Below are positions 10,288 to 20,643 of a DNA stretch of 64,000 nt, one piece after another. The first letter of the stretch is position 1. Each line of letters starts with the position of its first letter. Below the pieces are notes generated by a model that did not search any database, was not told the origin of the DNA, and saw only the letters and a program-made list of their open reading frames with translations. Where the stretch lies: NCBI GenBank assembly GCA_963842525.1, contig CAWJGT010000001.1:32001-96000 (forward strand). The letters run 5' to 3'. The DNA is from an uncultured Holophagales bacterium. Its GTDB lineage: Bacteria; Acidobacteriota; Thermoanaerobaculia; Multivoradales; UBA5704. Made by a program: the position numbers and the translations under genes.

Positions 10288-10833
10288 CTATGCTCGGAGA
10301 TGACCGGCCTCGCTCGCGCTGTGCTGACGGCGCCGGCGTCTGCCGAGCTTCTGCTCCAGGACGTCGCCCATGACACCGAGTAGGCCACCAATGCCCACCA
10401 CCACGTCGAGCAATCTCTGCTCCGATGGTTTCTTGGGCCATCCAGCGCCATCGATGAGCACGCAGACACCCTCGACATAGCGCAGGTCGGCCAGCAGCCT
10501 CTTGACATCCCCTCGCACGGAAACTTCCGGGCTCCCCATGGGGCCGTCCAGCAGCTCGGGGTCGGCAAACACGAGCTTCCACAGGAAATTGCCCAGGTCA
10601 CGGAAATTGACCTCTTGGGCAGGCGGTAGATATTGCAGAAAGCGCTCTCTGAACGGTGCGAGCTCGCTGAAGCTACCCGGACTGGTCCGGACGAGGTGAT
10701 CCACAAGTGCGGCGTGCTGGTCGACTTCGACCTGCTCGCGAAGCAATGCCAAGACCGCCTCGACCGACTCGCGGAGCTCAGGGAGATTCTCAACACGTGG
10801 ATTCTGAGGTGCCTCTATGGGATTGCCGCTCAT
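10288..10833 (-). CDS. hypothetical helical protein
   Basis: 181-aa ORF, ATGA coupling with the upstream gene. Confidence 0.6.
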   Translation of the reverse strand: MSGNPIEAPQNPRVENLPELRESVEAVLALLREQVEVDQHAALVDHLVRTSPGSFSELAPFRERFLQYLPPAQEVNFRDLGNFLWKLVFADPELLDGPMGSPEVSVRGDVKRLLADLRYVEGVCVLIDGAGWPKKPSEQRLLDVVVGIGGLLGVMGDVLEQKLGRRRRRQHSASEAGHLRA

Positions 10834-11054
10834 CGGGCCGCCCTTTCCTCAACCCTCCGTACCTCAGGAGACCGTGGCCGGCGCCGGCGTATGGGACGTA
10901 TGGGCTTGGGCGCCAATGCCTTGCGGGCGATCTTGGCGCAGCGGGGACAGTCCAGCAGGTGGAGGACGAAACCGGCGTCGGAAGTCGGCAGGGCCCGCAG
11001 CATCTCCCGCAGATCCCCTGCCTTCGGATGCTTCCATCCCTGCCTCTCAGCCAT
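10830..11054 (-). CDS. small zf-HC2/ZAS-like protein
   Basis: GGAGG RBS; HP...HLLDCPRC motif; basic tail. Confidence 0.55.
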   Translation of the reverse strand: MAERQGWKHPKAGDLREMLRALPTSDAGFVLHLLDCPRCAKIARKALAPKPIRPIRRRRPRSPEVRRVEERAAR

Positions 11055-11277
11055 GCAGAACATCCTCCGGATCGAGCCGGTGGGTGCGCGGGCGGTCCGC
11101 CAGGCTCCAGATAGGCGCGGTGACCGCCACACACACCCGGCAGCCGGTCAACAGATGACGCACGACGGCACGCCGTTCGGGGTGGTCGGACTCCCCGCGC
11201 AGGAAGCGTTCGAGCTGCCCCTCTCCGGGATGCCTGGTCGACCGGTCCGCCTGCGCGGCGGCTCTCTCCTTGAACAT
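11047..11277 (-). CDS. small zf-HC2/ZAS-like protein
   Basis: GAGGAGGAG RBS; HP...LERFLRGE...VVRHLLTGCRVC. Confidence 0.6.
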   Translation of the reverse strand: MFKERAAAQADRSTRHPGEGQLERFLRGESDHPERRAVVRHLLTGCRVCVAVTAPIWSLADRPRTHRLDPEDVLHG

Positions 11278-11522
11278 CGCGCCGTCTCCTCCTCAGGGGC
11301 GAAGCCCCCATCGCTGGAGCGAGGCTACGGGAGCCCGCGCCCGTCTCCAACAGCGGGACAGCAATCGACGAAAAAGCCGGTTCTCTTTCCCAGGGAACCG
11401 CAGGATTCTGCGCCCCGATTTCGTCCCGGCACGAGAGGAGGGAGCATTTTCATTCCCTGGTGTCACGCATCCTGCGCCGCCCGGCACTCTTAGTCTTTAG
11501 AATGCGCGACAAAGGAGGGAGC

Positions 11523-12964
11523 ATGGCGGACGAGATCCCATTGGAGTCCCGGGCGTTGCGGCAGATGCGGGAGGCCCATGGTTGGAAGGGCTACCAGTTG
11601 GCTGCGGCCCTCGGCATGACGCCGGAGTCGCTGTACCACTATGAGGCAGGGGACACGATGACGCCGTCGCCGGAGCTTCTGGAGCTGGCTGCTGCGAAGA
11701 TGGGCTACTCGGAAGCCATGGTGGACCGCACCTTCACCTATCTGCGGCTCGCGGACGCCGACCTGGCCCTGGGCGCGTCCGCCGCCGGGCCAGCGCACCG
11801 GGAGCTGCGGCAGGCCGCCGCCGAGATGGGCCTGCTCTGGGAGGAGGTCAACGTCTCGATGGGGCTGCGCGCCGGGATCCGGCTCGACGCGCAGATCGAG
11901 CGGCGGCGCGCGCCGGACCTGTGGGAGCGCCTGAAGAAGCACACGTCCGCGCAGCGGCGGGCGGTCTATCAGGAGGACGAGGACTACCGGAGCTGGGGCC
12001 TGATGGAGGTCCTCTGCCAGAAGAGCCTGGACGCTGCGCGGGACAACGCCCAACGGTCCCTGGAGCTGGCCGAGGAAGCCCTTTTCCTCGCCCGCCTCGT
12101 GGACGTCCCCGAGCTCTTCCGGCTGCGCCTGGAAGGTTTCGCCGGCATCCACGTCGGCAATGCCACCCGCGTGGGGGGCCACCTGCCACCGGCCGCCGCG
12201 GCGTTCGACGAGGCGCTCGACCGCTGGAAGGCCGGCGCCCCGGGCGACCCCGAGGGCCTGCTCGACGAAGTCTCGCGTGCTCGATCTCGAGGCGTCGCTG
12301 CGCCGCGACGCAGCGACGCCTGCCCGAGGCGCTCCACCTCCTCGAGCGTGCCCTCGCCGCCGACCGTACCGGCACCCGAGCAGGCCACATCCTGGTCATT
12401 CGGGCCAAGACTCTCGAAGAGATGGGAAGGAACGACGAGGCCGTCGCTACCCTCCAGCAGGCCCTGCCGCGGATCGACGCCCTTCGCGAGCCCCGGCTGC
12501 TCTGGGACGTGCGCCAGAACCTGCTGGTCAACCTGGGACGCATGGGCCGCGCCGCCGAGGCCGAGGGGCCGCTGGAGGACCTGCGGAAGGAGGCCCTCCG
12601 CCGCGGCAACCGGCTGGACTTGACGCGGCTCGTGTGGCTTCGCGGGACCCTCGACGCCGGCCTCGGCCGGCCCACGCAGGCCGAACGCGCGTTCGAGCAG
12701 GCGCGAAAGGAGTTTCTGGCGAGCGGCATCGCCTACGACGCCGCCCTGGTCTCCCTGGAGCTGTCCGTCCTCTACCTGGGCCAGGAGCGGACGGCGGAGG
12801 TGAAGGATCTCGCCCGCGAGCTCGCCCCGGTCTTCCATCTCCAGGGGGTCTCGCGCGAGACCCTGGCCACCGTCAAACTGTTCCGCGAAGCCGTGGAGAA
12901 GGAGACGATCACGATGGAGCTGGCGCAACAGCTCCTGGCCGATCTGCGCCGTGCAGGATCTTGA
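11523..12964 (+). CDS. XRE-family HTH plus TPR-repeat regulator (frameshifts near 12270-12310, probably sequencing error)
   Basis: AAAGGAGG RBS; LRQMREAHGWKGYQLAAALGMTPESLYHYEAG HTH; TPR-like C-terminus ending AYDAALVSLELSVLYL... Confidence 0.85.
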
Positions 12965-12968
12965 GCTG

Positions 12969-13035
12969 TTTCCCCCTCTCCCGTTCGGGGCGGTTGGCCG
13001 GTGGCCGTCCGGGAGAGGGGGCCAGGGGGTGAGGG
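12969..13035. repeat. REP-like CCCTCACCCCC..CCCCTCTCCC..GGGAGAGGGG element
   Basis: Palindromic CCCCTCTCCC/GGGAGAGGGG stem; related partial copies near 10134, 45273 and 46262. Confidence 0.6.
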
Positions 13036-13037
13036 AT

Positions 13038-13424
13038 TCAGTCGATGCACCGGCCGAACGGGTCGACCGAGCATCCAGCATCGCCCGTCGTGGGAGCACC
13101 GGAGGTGCCTTCGCCCGTGCCCGGGATGCACCGCCCGTTCGGGTCGACTGAGCATCCAGCATCGCCGGTCGTGGTGGCGCCGGAGGTGCCGCTTCTCGTG
13201 CCGGGGATGCACCGGCCGAACGGGTCGACCGAGCACCCGTTCTCACCCCACAGGGAGGTGAGCGCGTTCCAGAAGCGGGTGAGGAGGTCGAGCCGGGCCC
13301 ACTCGAAGGTGCCGGCGCGGTCCGGGCCGGGGAGGGTCCGCGGCGGCTCGGCCAGCGCCCACGAGGCGGCGAGAGACCCGGCGAGCAGCAGGACCGCGAT
13401 CTTGCGGCGGAAGGACGTGCTCAT
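13038..13424 (-). CDS. secreted repeat-core peptide precursor (3x GCSVDP[F/N]GRC)
   Basis: AAAGGAG RBS; Sec-type signal MSTSFRRKIAVLLLAGSLAASWALA; 81-bp (27-aa) tandem repeats at 13044, 13125 and 13206. Confidence 0.8.
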   Translation of the reverse strand: MSTSFRRKIAVLLLAGSLAASWALAEPPRTLPGPDRAGTFEWARLDLLTRFWNALTSLWGENGCSVDPFGRCIPGTRSGTSGATTTGDAGCSVDPNGRCIPGTGEGTSGAPTTGDAGCSVDPFGRCID

Positions 13425-13549
13425 GCGCAGCTCCTTTCGGGGCTGCCGCCGGCCCGGGCCGCCATGGCCACGGCGGCGGCGCCCGCAGAATTATGGTGCG
13501 ATCCAGGAGCCGGCACCGCGACAACCCCAGGTTTTCGGAGGAGACGACC

Positions 13550-14987
13550 ATGAAAACCCTACGCGGGCGGCCCGGCCTCGGCGCCGCCCTGGCCGCGGTC
13601 CGGATTCTCCAGGGAAAGAGCCGCCCGGAGGTGGAACGGGACGCCCGCCTCAAGCCGGGCACCCTCTCCACCTATGAAGAAGGCCGGACCACGCCGCAGC
13701 CGGCCACGCTGGAGCGCATCGCCGCCGCTCTCGGCGTCTCCATTCCGGTGCTGATCGCCCTCGGCGACCTCCTGGCCGCCTTTCACGGGCTCCTCGGCGG
13801 CGCCTGGATCGCCGGCGTCATCCGCTCTGCGATCCGGCTTGCGCGGGCCGTCCACGCCGCGCTGTCTGCGCGGGTCGAGGCCATACCCGTGGCACCTCCT
13901 TGCGTCAGCCTGCTCCCCGCCGAGGAGGAGCGGCGGCAGGCTGCGGAGCTGTGGCAGCGGCTCGAAGCGTACACGGCCGACCAGCGGCGCGCGATCTACC
14001 AGGAGTCACCGCGCTTCCAGAGGTGGGGCCTGGTGGAGATCCTCTGCCAGAAAAGCCTGGACGCCGCGCGGGACAGCGCCCAGCGGTCCCTGGAGCTGGC
14101 CGAGGAGGCCCTCTTCCTCGCCCGCCTCGTCCCCGAGCCCTTGCGCCAGCGACGTGGAAGGCTTTGCCAGCATCCATATCGCAAACGCCACCCGCGTGGG
14201 GGGCCAACCGCGAGCGGCCCGCGTCGCGTTCGACCAGGCCCTGGACCGCTGGCAGGCTCGGCGCTCCGGGCGACCCTGAGGGCCTGCTCGACGAATCTCG
14301 CGTCCTTGATCTTGAGGCGTCTTTGTGTCGCGCGGAGCGCCGCCTCCCCGAGGCGCTTGACCTCCTTGACCGCGCCCTCGCCGCCGACCGCGGCGGCGTC
14401 CGGGCGGGCGCATCCTGATCATCCGAGCCAAGACCCTGGAAGAGCTGGGCAGGAACGAGGAGGCCGTCGCCACCCTCCAGCAGGCCGTGGCGCGGATCGA
14501 CGCCGAGCGTGAGCCCCGGCTGCTCTGGGACGTGCGCCAGAATTTGTTGGTCAACCTTTGCCGGCTCGGCCGCCATGCCGAGGCCGAGCAGTCGCTGGGG
14601 GACCTGCACATCGAGGCGATGCAACTCGGCAACCGGCTGGACTTGACTCGCGTCATATGGCTCCGCGGGACCATCGACGCCGGCCTCGGCCGGCCTGAGG
14701 CGGCTGAAGCAGCCTTCGAGGAGGTGCGGAAGGATTTCCTGGCAGACGGCATCGCCTACGACGCCGCCCTGGTCACCCTGGAGCTGGCCGTTCTCCATCT
14801 GAAGGAAAGGCGCACGGCCGAGGTCCAGGAGCTGACCCGCCAGCTCCTCCCGGTCTTCAAGGCCCAGCAGGTCTCCCGAGAAGCCCTCGCTACCGTCAAG
14901 CTGTTCTGCGAGGCCGTGGAAAAGGAGACCATCTCCGTGGAGCTCGCGCAGGGCTTTTTGGACGACCTCCGCCGGGTTGGGGCGTGA
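13550..14987 (+). CDS. XRE-family HTH plus TPR-repeat regulator, paralogue of 11523 (frameshifts near 14150, 14258, 14408)
   Basis: GGAGGAG RBS; TLSTYEEGRTTPQPATLERIAAALG HTH; C-terminal half closely similar to the 11523 protein. Confidence 0.85.
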
Positions 14988-15005
14988 CCGTGGGGGAAGG
15001 AAATC

Positions 15006-15881
15006 TCAGAAGCGGAAAAGGACGCCGACCTCCGGGGCCACGTCCGGAGCCTGCTCGGTGAGGCCGACGCCGCAGTTGAGCTTGAGGAAGGCCCGTGGGG
15101 AGAAGAACCACTGGGCCTCGCCGATCAGGAAGACGTCTTCGGTCTCGCCCTCGACCGCCGCGACGAGGCGCCAGCCCGGCGAGACGCGCTTCAGGTACTC
15201 GACGGCGTACTCGCCCAGCTCGACCTGGCTTTCCTCGCCGTCGTAGGCGATCGTCGCGCGTCCCGTGATCGTTCCCCAGCGATAGCCGCGGATCACTCCG
15301 AAGCCGAGCTTCCCCTCCCAATCGTGGGTGCCGATGAGGACCTCGTTCTTCTGGAACGGGAAGACGACCTCGAGGAAGCTGAACAGCTCCGGGCGATCCG
15401 CGGTCTCCTCCTGCCAGCGCCAGCGGAGCTGGGCCTCGACGTCGCCCAGCCCGGACTCCTCGAGGTGGGCGGGAACGGCGCTCGGGTCGTCGGCGGCCTT
15501 GTCGAACGTCGCCTTGGTGTAGACGGCGCCTTCGAGCTCTACCGCGAGACGGTCCGAGATCCCGTAGGCGAGGAAGAGCAGGTATTCGTGCTCGACCAGC
15601 TTGCCGAGGAAGTCGTCGCTGCCCACGAACCCGAGCTCTCGTGGCTGATACTCGAAGGCGGTCGTCTTTGAGTACTCATAGAACGGATAAACCAGGATCT
15701 CGCCCTTTTCGACAAAGGTGCCGAAGGAGGACGTCGAGAGACCCCGGCCCCGGTCGGAGAGGTATTCCGGCAGCTCCGGATCCTGGGCGCCGAGCGGCGC
15801 ACCGGCCGCGAGCACTGCAACGGCCGCCAGTACCATCCGGCAGGCAGACCGGGCTCCGCACTTCGAACCGGACCGGCGCAT
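15006..15881 (-). CDS. putative outer-membrane beta-barrel (transporter/MetA-pathway-like)
   Basis: Signal peptide, GLGDVEAQLRWR motif, alternating beta pattern, C-terminal FRF. Confidence 0.7.
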   Translation of the reverse strand: MRRSGSKCGARSACRMVLAAVAVLAAGAPLGAQDPELPEYLSDRGRGLSTSSFGTFVEKGEILVYPFYEYSKTTAFEYQPRELGFVGSDDFLGKLVEHEYLLFLAYGISDRLAVELEGAVYTKATFDKAADDPSAVPAHLEESGLGDVEAQLRWRWQEETADRPELFSFLEVVFPFQKNEVLIGTHDWEGKLGFGVIRGYRWGTITGRATIAYDGEESQVELGEYAVEYLKRVSPGWRLVAAVEGETEDVFLIGEAQWFFSPRAFLKLNCGVGLTEQAPDVAPEVGVLFRF

Positions 15882-16056
15882 GGTGAGGCTCCTTTCTCCG
15901 AGGCTGCCGCTGCATTGCGCACCTCCTCTTCCGTTGGATGCACGAAGCGAGAAAGTCCTTCGCGGAGGAAACCTCGATTCGGCAGGATCTCGCAGCCGGA
16001 TCGCGCCGGGGCCGGGTGCGGTAGACTTATCCTTTCGACGCGAAACGAGGTCTACC

Positions 16057-17508
16057 ATGCTCCAACGCACCCGCTTGCACGGACCGCTCGCGGTCCTGTT
16101 GCTGTCAACCCTGTCCCTGAGCCTCGGCTGCTCGGTCAATCCGGCGACCGGCAAACAGCAGCTCAACTTCTACAACGAGGCGGAAGAGATCGAGATGGGC
16201 CAGCAGGCCAACGCGGAGATCGTCACCTCGGTGGGGCTCTATGACGATCCCGAGCTGCAGGCCTATGTCGAGGATCTGGGGATGAAGATCGCCGCCGCCT
16301 CGGAGCGGCCGCATCTGCCCTGGAGCTTCAAGATCGTGGACGATCCGGCGGTCAACGCCTTCGCCCTGCCCGGCGGCTACGTTTACATCACCCGCGGGCT
16401 CCTGACCCACCTCGAATCCGAGGCAGAGCTGGTCTCGGTCCTCGGCCACGAGGTCGGGCACGTCACAGCCCGCCACGGCCTCAATCAGCAGAGCAAGCAG
16501 GTGCTTGCCATCGTCGGCATCGGCATCGCCGCGTTCCTCGACCCCGACCTCGAGGAGCTGGCCGGAGTCGCCGGCCTCGGCATGTCGCTGCTCTTCCTCA
16601 AGTATGGCCGGGACGACGAGCGCCAGGCCGACGACCTCGGGCTGCGCTACATGGTGCGCACCGGCCACGACCCGCGCCACATGCCCGAGCTCTTCTCCGT
16701 CCTCGAGGGGGTGGCGAAGGTCGAGGGGGTGGGCCGGCTGCCGAATTGGCTGTCGACCCATCCGAACCCGGGAGCCCGCCGCGAGCGCATCCAGAAGGAG
16801 GTCGACGCCCTGCCGGGGGATTTCAGCCAGGCCGTGGTCAACCGCGACGGCTACCTGCGCCGGCTGGATGGCGCGGTCTTCGGCGACAACCCGCGCGACG
16901 GCTTCTTCGAGGGCAACGCCTTCGTGCATCCGGACCTGCGTTTCCGCATCGAGTTCCCCGACGGTTGGGAAACCGCCAACGAGACAGCTTCGGTTTCAGC
17001 GTCGCAGCCGGGCGGCAACGCCGTGGTCCAGGTCGCACTGGCGGAGAAGGGCACGCCGAAGGAGGCCACGGACGAATTCTTCGCGGCAGAGGGGGTGACC
17101 CGCGGCGAATCCTGGGAGAAGCGGGTCCACAGCCTGCCGGCCCAGTGGAACCGTTTCGATTATTCGGACGGTGACAGCGAGCTGCACGGCACGGTCGCCT
17201 TTGTCCAGCATGAGGGAAAGGTCTTCCAGCTCCTTGCGCTCGCCGCGCCGAAAGAGTGGACAGACAACCAGGAGTCCATGGAGGAGGCGCTCGCCACCTT
17301 CTCCCGCCTCGACGATCCGGAAGCCCTGAAATCCCAGCCGAACCGCCTGAAGCTGGTCGAGATCCGCAAGGAGATGACCCTGGAAGAGTTCAACCGCCAG
17401 TACCCGTCCGCCGTGGAGATGCCGACCCTGGCCCTGATCAACCACGTGCAGCCGACCGATCCGATCCCGGCGGGGTCGCTGGTCAAGCGGGTCGTGAAGG
17501 CTCCTTGA
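16057..17508 (+). CDS. M48-family metalloprotease lipoprotein (BepA/YfgC-like)
   Basis: SLGC lipobox, VNAFALPGG, HEVGH zinc motif, STHP. Confidence 0.92.
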   Translation: MLQRTRLHGPLAVLLLSTLSLSLGCSVNPATGKQQLNFYNEAEEIEMGQQANAEIVTSVGLYDDPELQAYVEDLGMKIAAASERPHLPWSFKIVDDPAVNAFALPGGYVYITRGLLTHLESEAELVSVLGHEVGHVTARHGLNQQSKQVLAIVGIGIAAFLDPDLEELAGVAGLGMSLLFLKYGRDDERQADDLGLRYMVRTGHDPRHMPELFSVLEGVAKVEGVGRLPNWLSTHPNPGARRERIQKEVDALPGDFSQAVVNRDGYLRRLDGAVFGDNPRDGFFEGNAFVHPDLRFRIEFPDGWETANETASVSASQPGGNAVVQVALAEKGTPKEATDEFFAAEGVTRGESWEKRVHSLPAQWNRFDYSDGDSELHGTVAFVQHEGKVFQLLALAAPKEWTDNQESMEEALATFSRLDDPEALKSQPNRLKLVEIRKEMTLEEFNRQYPSAVEMPTLALINHVQPTDPIPAGSLVKRVVKAP

Positions 17509-17510
17509 TT

Positions 17511-18200
17511 TTATCCTTCCCTGTGCTCCAGCCGGTAACGCCACGGAAACGGAGGTTGGCTGTACCGGATGAGACGGAAGGACCGGCCCAGCACGGGGGA
17601 TCGGAGCCAGCCTTCGGCATCGGGAGGGACTGCGGCGTAGCGGTCCCCCTGAAGACTGAGAACATCGAAGCGGAGATGCTTGCCGCGGGCGTCCACCTGC
17701 CAGAGCTCGCGGACACCCGCCCTGGCGTAGTGCCCGGGCAGACGCTTCAGATCCTTGTTCACCGAGGAGTCGCTCACGATCTCGACGATCAGGTCCACGG
17801 CTCCTTCGAAAGCCATGATCTTCTCCGAATCCTTGCGGACCGAGGGAGCAAGACGGACCCGGCCGCTCTCGATCGACTCTCGGAAAACGACGATCACGTC
17901 CGGCTCCGTGGAGACAGCGGCGAACGGGGAGTTGAACCGGGTGGTGTCCGATTGCACATCACCGAGGTCGCTATCGAGGACCAGGTCCCCCAGCTTCCGG
18001 ACAATGGCGATCTTCGGTGAACCGTGTGTGTAGATGGCCTCCGCGCACATGTCCGCCTCTATCTCCCCCGCGAGAAAGTCGATGCGCCCGGATTCGGGGA
18101 ACTCGTCCGATTCGATCCAACGCAGGAAGCCCTCGTACGTATAGGCCTCGCTGGGAATCGGGAAGTTCTCCTCGGACAGGACGGCGTGTCGTCGGGCCAT
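17511..18200 (-). CDS. Uma2 (DUF820) family endonuclease
   Basis: EPDVIV, DLIVEIVSDSS..KD, Y..AGVRELWQVD. Confidence 0.9.
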   Translation of the reverse strand: MARRHAVLSEENFPIPSEAYTYEGFLRWIESDEFPESGRIDFLAGEIEADMCAEAIYTHGSPKIAIVRKLGDLVLDSDLGDVQSDTTRFNSPFAAVSTEPDVIVVFRESIESGRVRLAPSVRKDSEKIMAFEGAVDLIVEIVSDSSVNKDLKRLPGHYARAGVRELWQVDARGKHLRFDVLSLQGDRYAAVPPDAEGWLRSPVLGRSFRLIRYSQPPFPWRYRLEHREG

Positions 18201-18224
18201 GGTGGAATTCTACCTCCGGAGGGT

Positions 18225-19970
18225 CTATCCCCGCAAGGCCAGCGACAGGATCCCAGGCAGCTTTGCGAAGGACGGGCTGGCCTCGAAGGCCACCAGCTTG
18301 GGTGTCAGCCGGTGGGCGGTCTTGTGGGTGATGAACCACGCCGGCTTGGGGATGGCGCGGAACGGCGCCCGCACGACCGCCTTCTGCGGCCGGTCGAACA
18401 TCAGCGTGTTGTGGACCCAGCCCGTGCCGGACTGGATATCGGTCCGCGTATGGCCCGGGAAGGCCCCCCATGGAGTGATCACGAGGCCATAGCCGATGGC
18501 CGCCCAGTGGTTCACCGAAACGGTGCCATAGCGCAGATCGGCGATGGCCTTGTCGACCGCCTCCGCCACCGACGGATCGCGTAACGCGGCCGGATGGACG
18601 ATCAGGGTGGCGTTCAAGGTGCCCCAGAGCGTGTCGTTGCAGAAGGCCACCGCGCGCTCCAGGTACTCGGGGACGGTGGCCGCGCCCAGGACCGTTTCCG
18701 CAAAGAGGCTGCAGAAGGCTTCCGTCCGGAAGCAGATGTCCTCCCGGTAGCCCGAGTCCACACCAGGCACCAGCATCCAGGGGAGACGGTCACCGGACCG
18801 CTCGCCGAATGTTTCGGCCTCGGGGTGCGCGGCGAGGAAGGCATCGAAACGGTCGCCAGCCCCGGTGTACCAGGCCCGGCGCGGCGGCGTCGTGCGCAGC
18901 ACGTCACGCACGGAGTCGAGGAGGGGCCGGCGCTGCGGCGAGGCGGCGTGCTGGATCACCAGACGCAGGGCATTGCAGTTGAATCCGGCGTTGTTGACCA
19001 GCATCGTGGCGATATTTTCCGCCTGGTAACGGAAATCGACCTCGCTCCATGAGCCCTTGGGGCCGGGAACCACGATGACCGGGCTCACATTGCCCAGCTC
19101 GGAGGTGAAGCGTTTGGTGTTGACCGGCTCGTCGCGCTCCTTGCGCCGCCGTCCTTCCTCGCCGGGACCGAAGACGATGGCCTCGTACGTGCGGTCCGAC
19201 CCGGTGATGTGGATCTCGTCGACGCCCGGGTGCTCGACGAGGTAGGCGCCCTCCTCGCCGCCGCCGTACACCACACGCAGGAAGCCCTGCTGGATCAGGG
19301 GACGCATGCCCTCTTCCATCAGCGGCCCGAGGTAGACATTGATTGGGTGGGTCTTGAAGAGGACCACCCGGTCCTCGACGAAAAGCTTGTACAGGGCATC
19401 CATGGGGCCGATCGAGGAGACGTTGCCGGCTCCGAGAACCAGGGAGACGCCACCGGCGTTCTCCCGGAGCGGCTTGGCGTGGTAGGCCACGGCCTGGGTC
19501 TCGGCGAGCCCTTCGGCCGTCACTCCGGGCTCCATCCAGACGTCCGCGGTGACTCCGCCATAGAAGATGCTGTCCCAGATGTCGTAGGGGAAGATGCGGG
19601 CCGTGACCTGTCCGTCCGTCCGCGTCCGCACCGAGCCGGGGATGCGCGGCCGGCCGTGCTTCTCGATGTCCGCCAGGGAGAGCCGGAGCAGGCGCAGGTT
19701 GCGCAGGATGAAATAGGGGCCGGTCAGCGACTCCTCGGCATGCCCCCGCTCGGGGTCCAGACCCTCGGCCGCGATGCAGGCAGCGGCCCAGCGGCCGGCG
19801 ACAGACAGGAAGCTCCGGGTCAGCTCCTCCAGGAGCCGTATGCGGTCGCGGACGCTCGTCTCCACCCAGGCGCGCTTGCGCTCCTGCAGCGCGGCAACTG
19901 CGGCGTCCATGGCCTGGCGGGAGGACGGAGGATGGTTGGAAGCGGACGGGGGCGCGAGGGCGATCGTCAT
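18225..19970 (-). CDS. aldehyde dehydrogenase family protein
   Basis: LGAGNV, HITGS, SELGNVSP, AGFNC catalytic Cys; start MTIALAPP. Confidence 0.88.
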   Translation of the reverse strand: MTIALAPPSASNHPPSSRQAMDAAVAALQERKRAWVETSVRDRIRLLEELTRSFLSVAGRWAAACIAAEGLDPERGHAEESLTGPYFILRNLRLLRLSLADIEKHGRPRIPGSVRTRTDGQVTARIFPYDIWDSIFYGGVTADVWMEPGVTAEGLAETQAVAYHAKPLRENAGGVSLVLGAGNVSSIGPMDALYKLFVEDRVVLFKTHPINVYLGPLMEEGMRPLIQQGFLRVVYGGGEEGAYLVEHPGVDEIHITGSDRTYEAIVFGPGEEGRRRKERDEPVNTKRFTSELGNVSPVIVVPGPKGSWSEVDFRYQAENIATMLVNNAGFNCNALRLVIQHAASPQRRPLLDSVRDVLRTTPPRRAWYTGAGDRFDAFLAAHPEAETFGERSGDRLPWMLVPGVDSGYREDICFRTEAFCSLFAETVLGAATVPEYLERAVAFCNDTLWGTLNATLIVHPAALRDPSVAEAVDKAIADLRYGTVSVNHWAAIGYGLVITPWGAFPGHTRTDIQSGTGWVHNTLMFDRPQKAVVRAPFRAIPKPAWFITHKTAHRLTPKLVAFEASPSFAKLPGILSLALRG

Positions 19971-20069
19971 CGGCGAGCCTCCTGGGCCGGAGCGTGAGCA
20001 ACGATAGCACGGCTGTTTCTCTACTGAGCACGGCGCAAATCGAGCCTCATCACGCTGCTGTACGCGTAA

Positions 20070-20620
20070 AGAGTCGCACTGAATCGATTCGCTGCGATCC
20101 TGAACGCGTTCGGAGTCGCAATAGATCCCTTCAGAGTTGCATTCAAGATGTTCTTTGCGACACTCAATCCATTTTTGCCAGCGGGAAGCAGCCTGCGCAG
20201 AGGAGCCAGAGGATTCTTTGCGACGCAATGTCGATCTGAAGGCGCACAGAAGGGCTTGGCGGCGCGATTTATCGCAAGACTGCGACGAGAGATCAATTGC
20301 GAGTCGCGCTTGGCATGTGCGCAGTCGCAAGAATGGCGCGCTAAGTCGCAGGCAGGCTCCAGGAGGTGCGGAAGATGGATTGTGAGTCGCTCTGTACGTG
20401 CAAAGAGGCGTGCTGAGCATCTGGCTTGTCGCACTGTGTCGACCTTGCGTCTCTTCCAACGCAACGAGGCAGGCCCGGAAGGTAGGCAAAGTCGCACTGA
20501 ACGCGTACCATGTGACGTGGCCTGGACAGAGGACCCGCTTGGCGCTAGCGTTGGCGCAGAGCTCGACGTCGTGCGACGTCCATGCGACCGACTGCGACGC
20601 GGCTCAGGACCTTTGCGACT
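20070..20620. repeat. degenerate 21-bp-phased GTCGCA/TGCGAC array (array B)
   Basis: GTCGCA-like at 20073, 20115, 20136, 20241, 20303, 20324, 20345, 20386, 20407, 20428, 20491; TGCGAC at 20156, 20219, 20572, 20593, 20614; spacings are multiples of 21 with two 1-bp slips. Confidence 0.7.
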
Positions 20621-20643
20621 CTGAATCGGCCAAGGAGGTCACC

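Noticed and set aside
2437-14987. Prophage interpretation of the accessory block
   Set aside because: No integrase, structural, terminase or replication genes; TIRs and TSD explain 2437-10220 as a transposon
19971-20489. N-terminal extension of the aldehyde dehydrogenase ORF (754 aa)
   Set aside because: The extension is a translation of array B; ALDH-like sequence and an AGGAGG RBS point to the start at 19970
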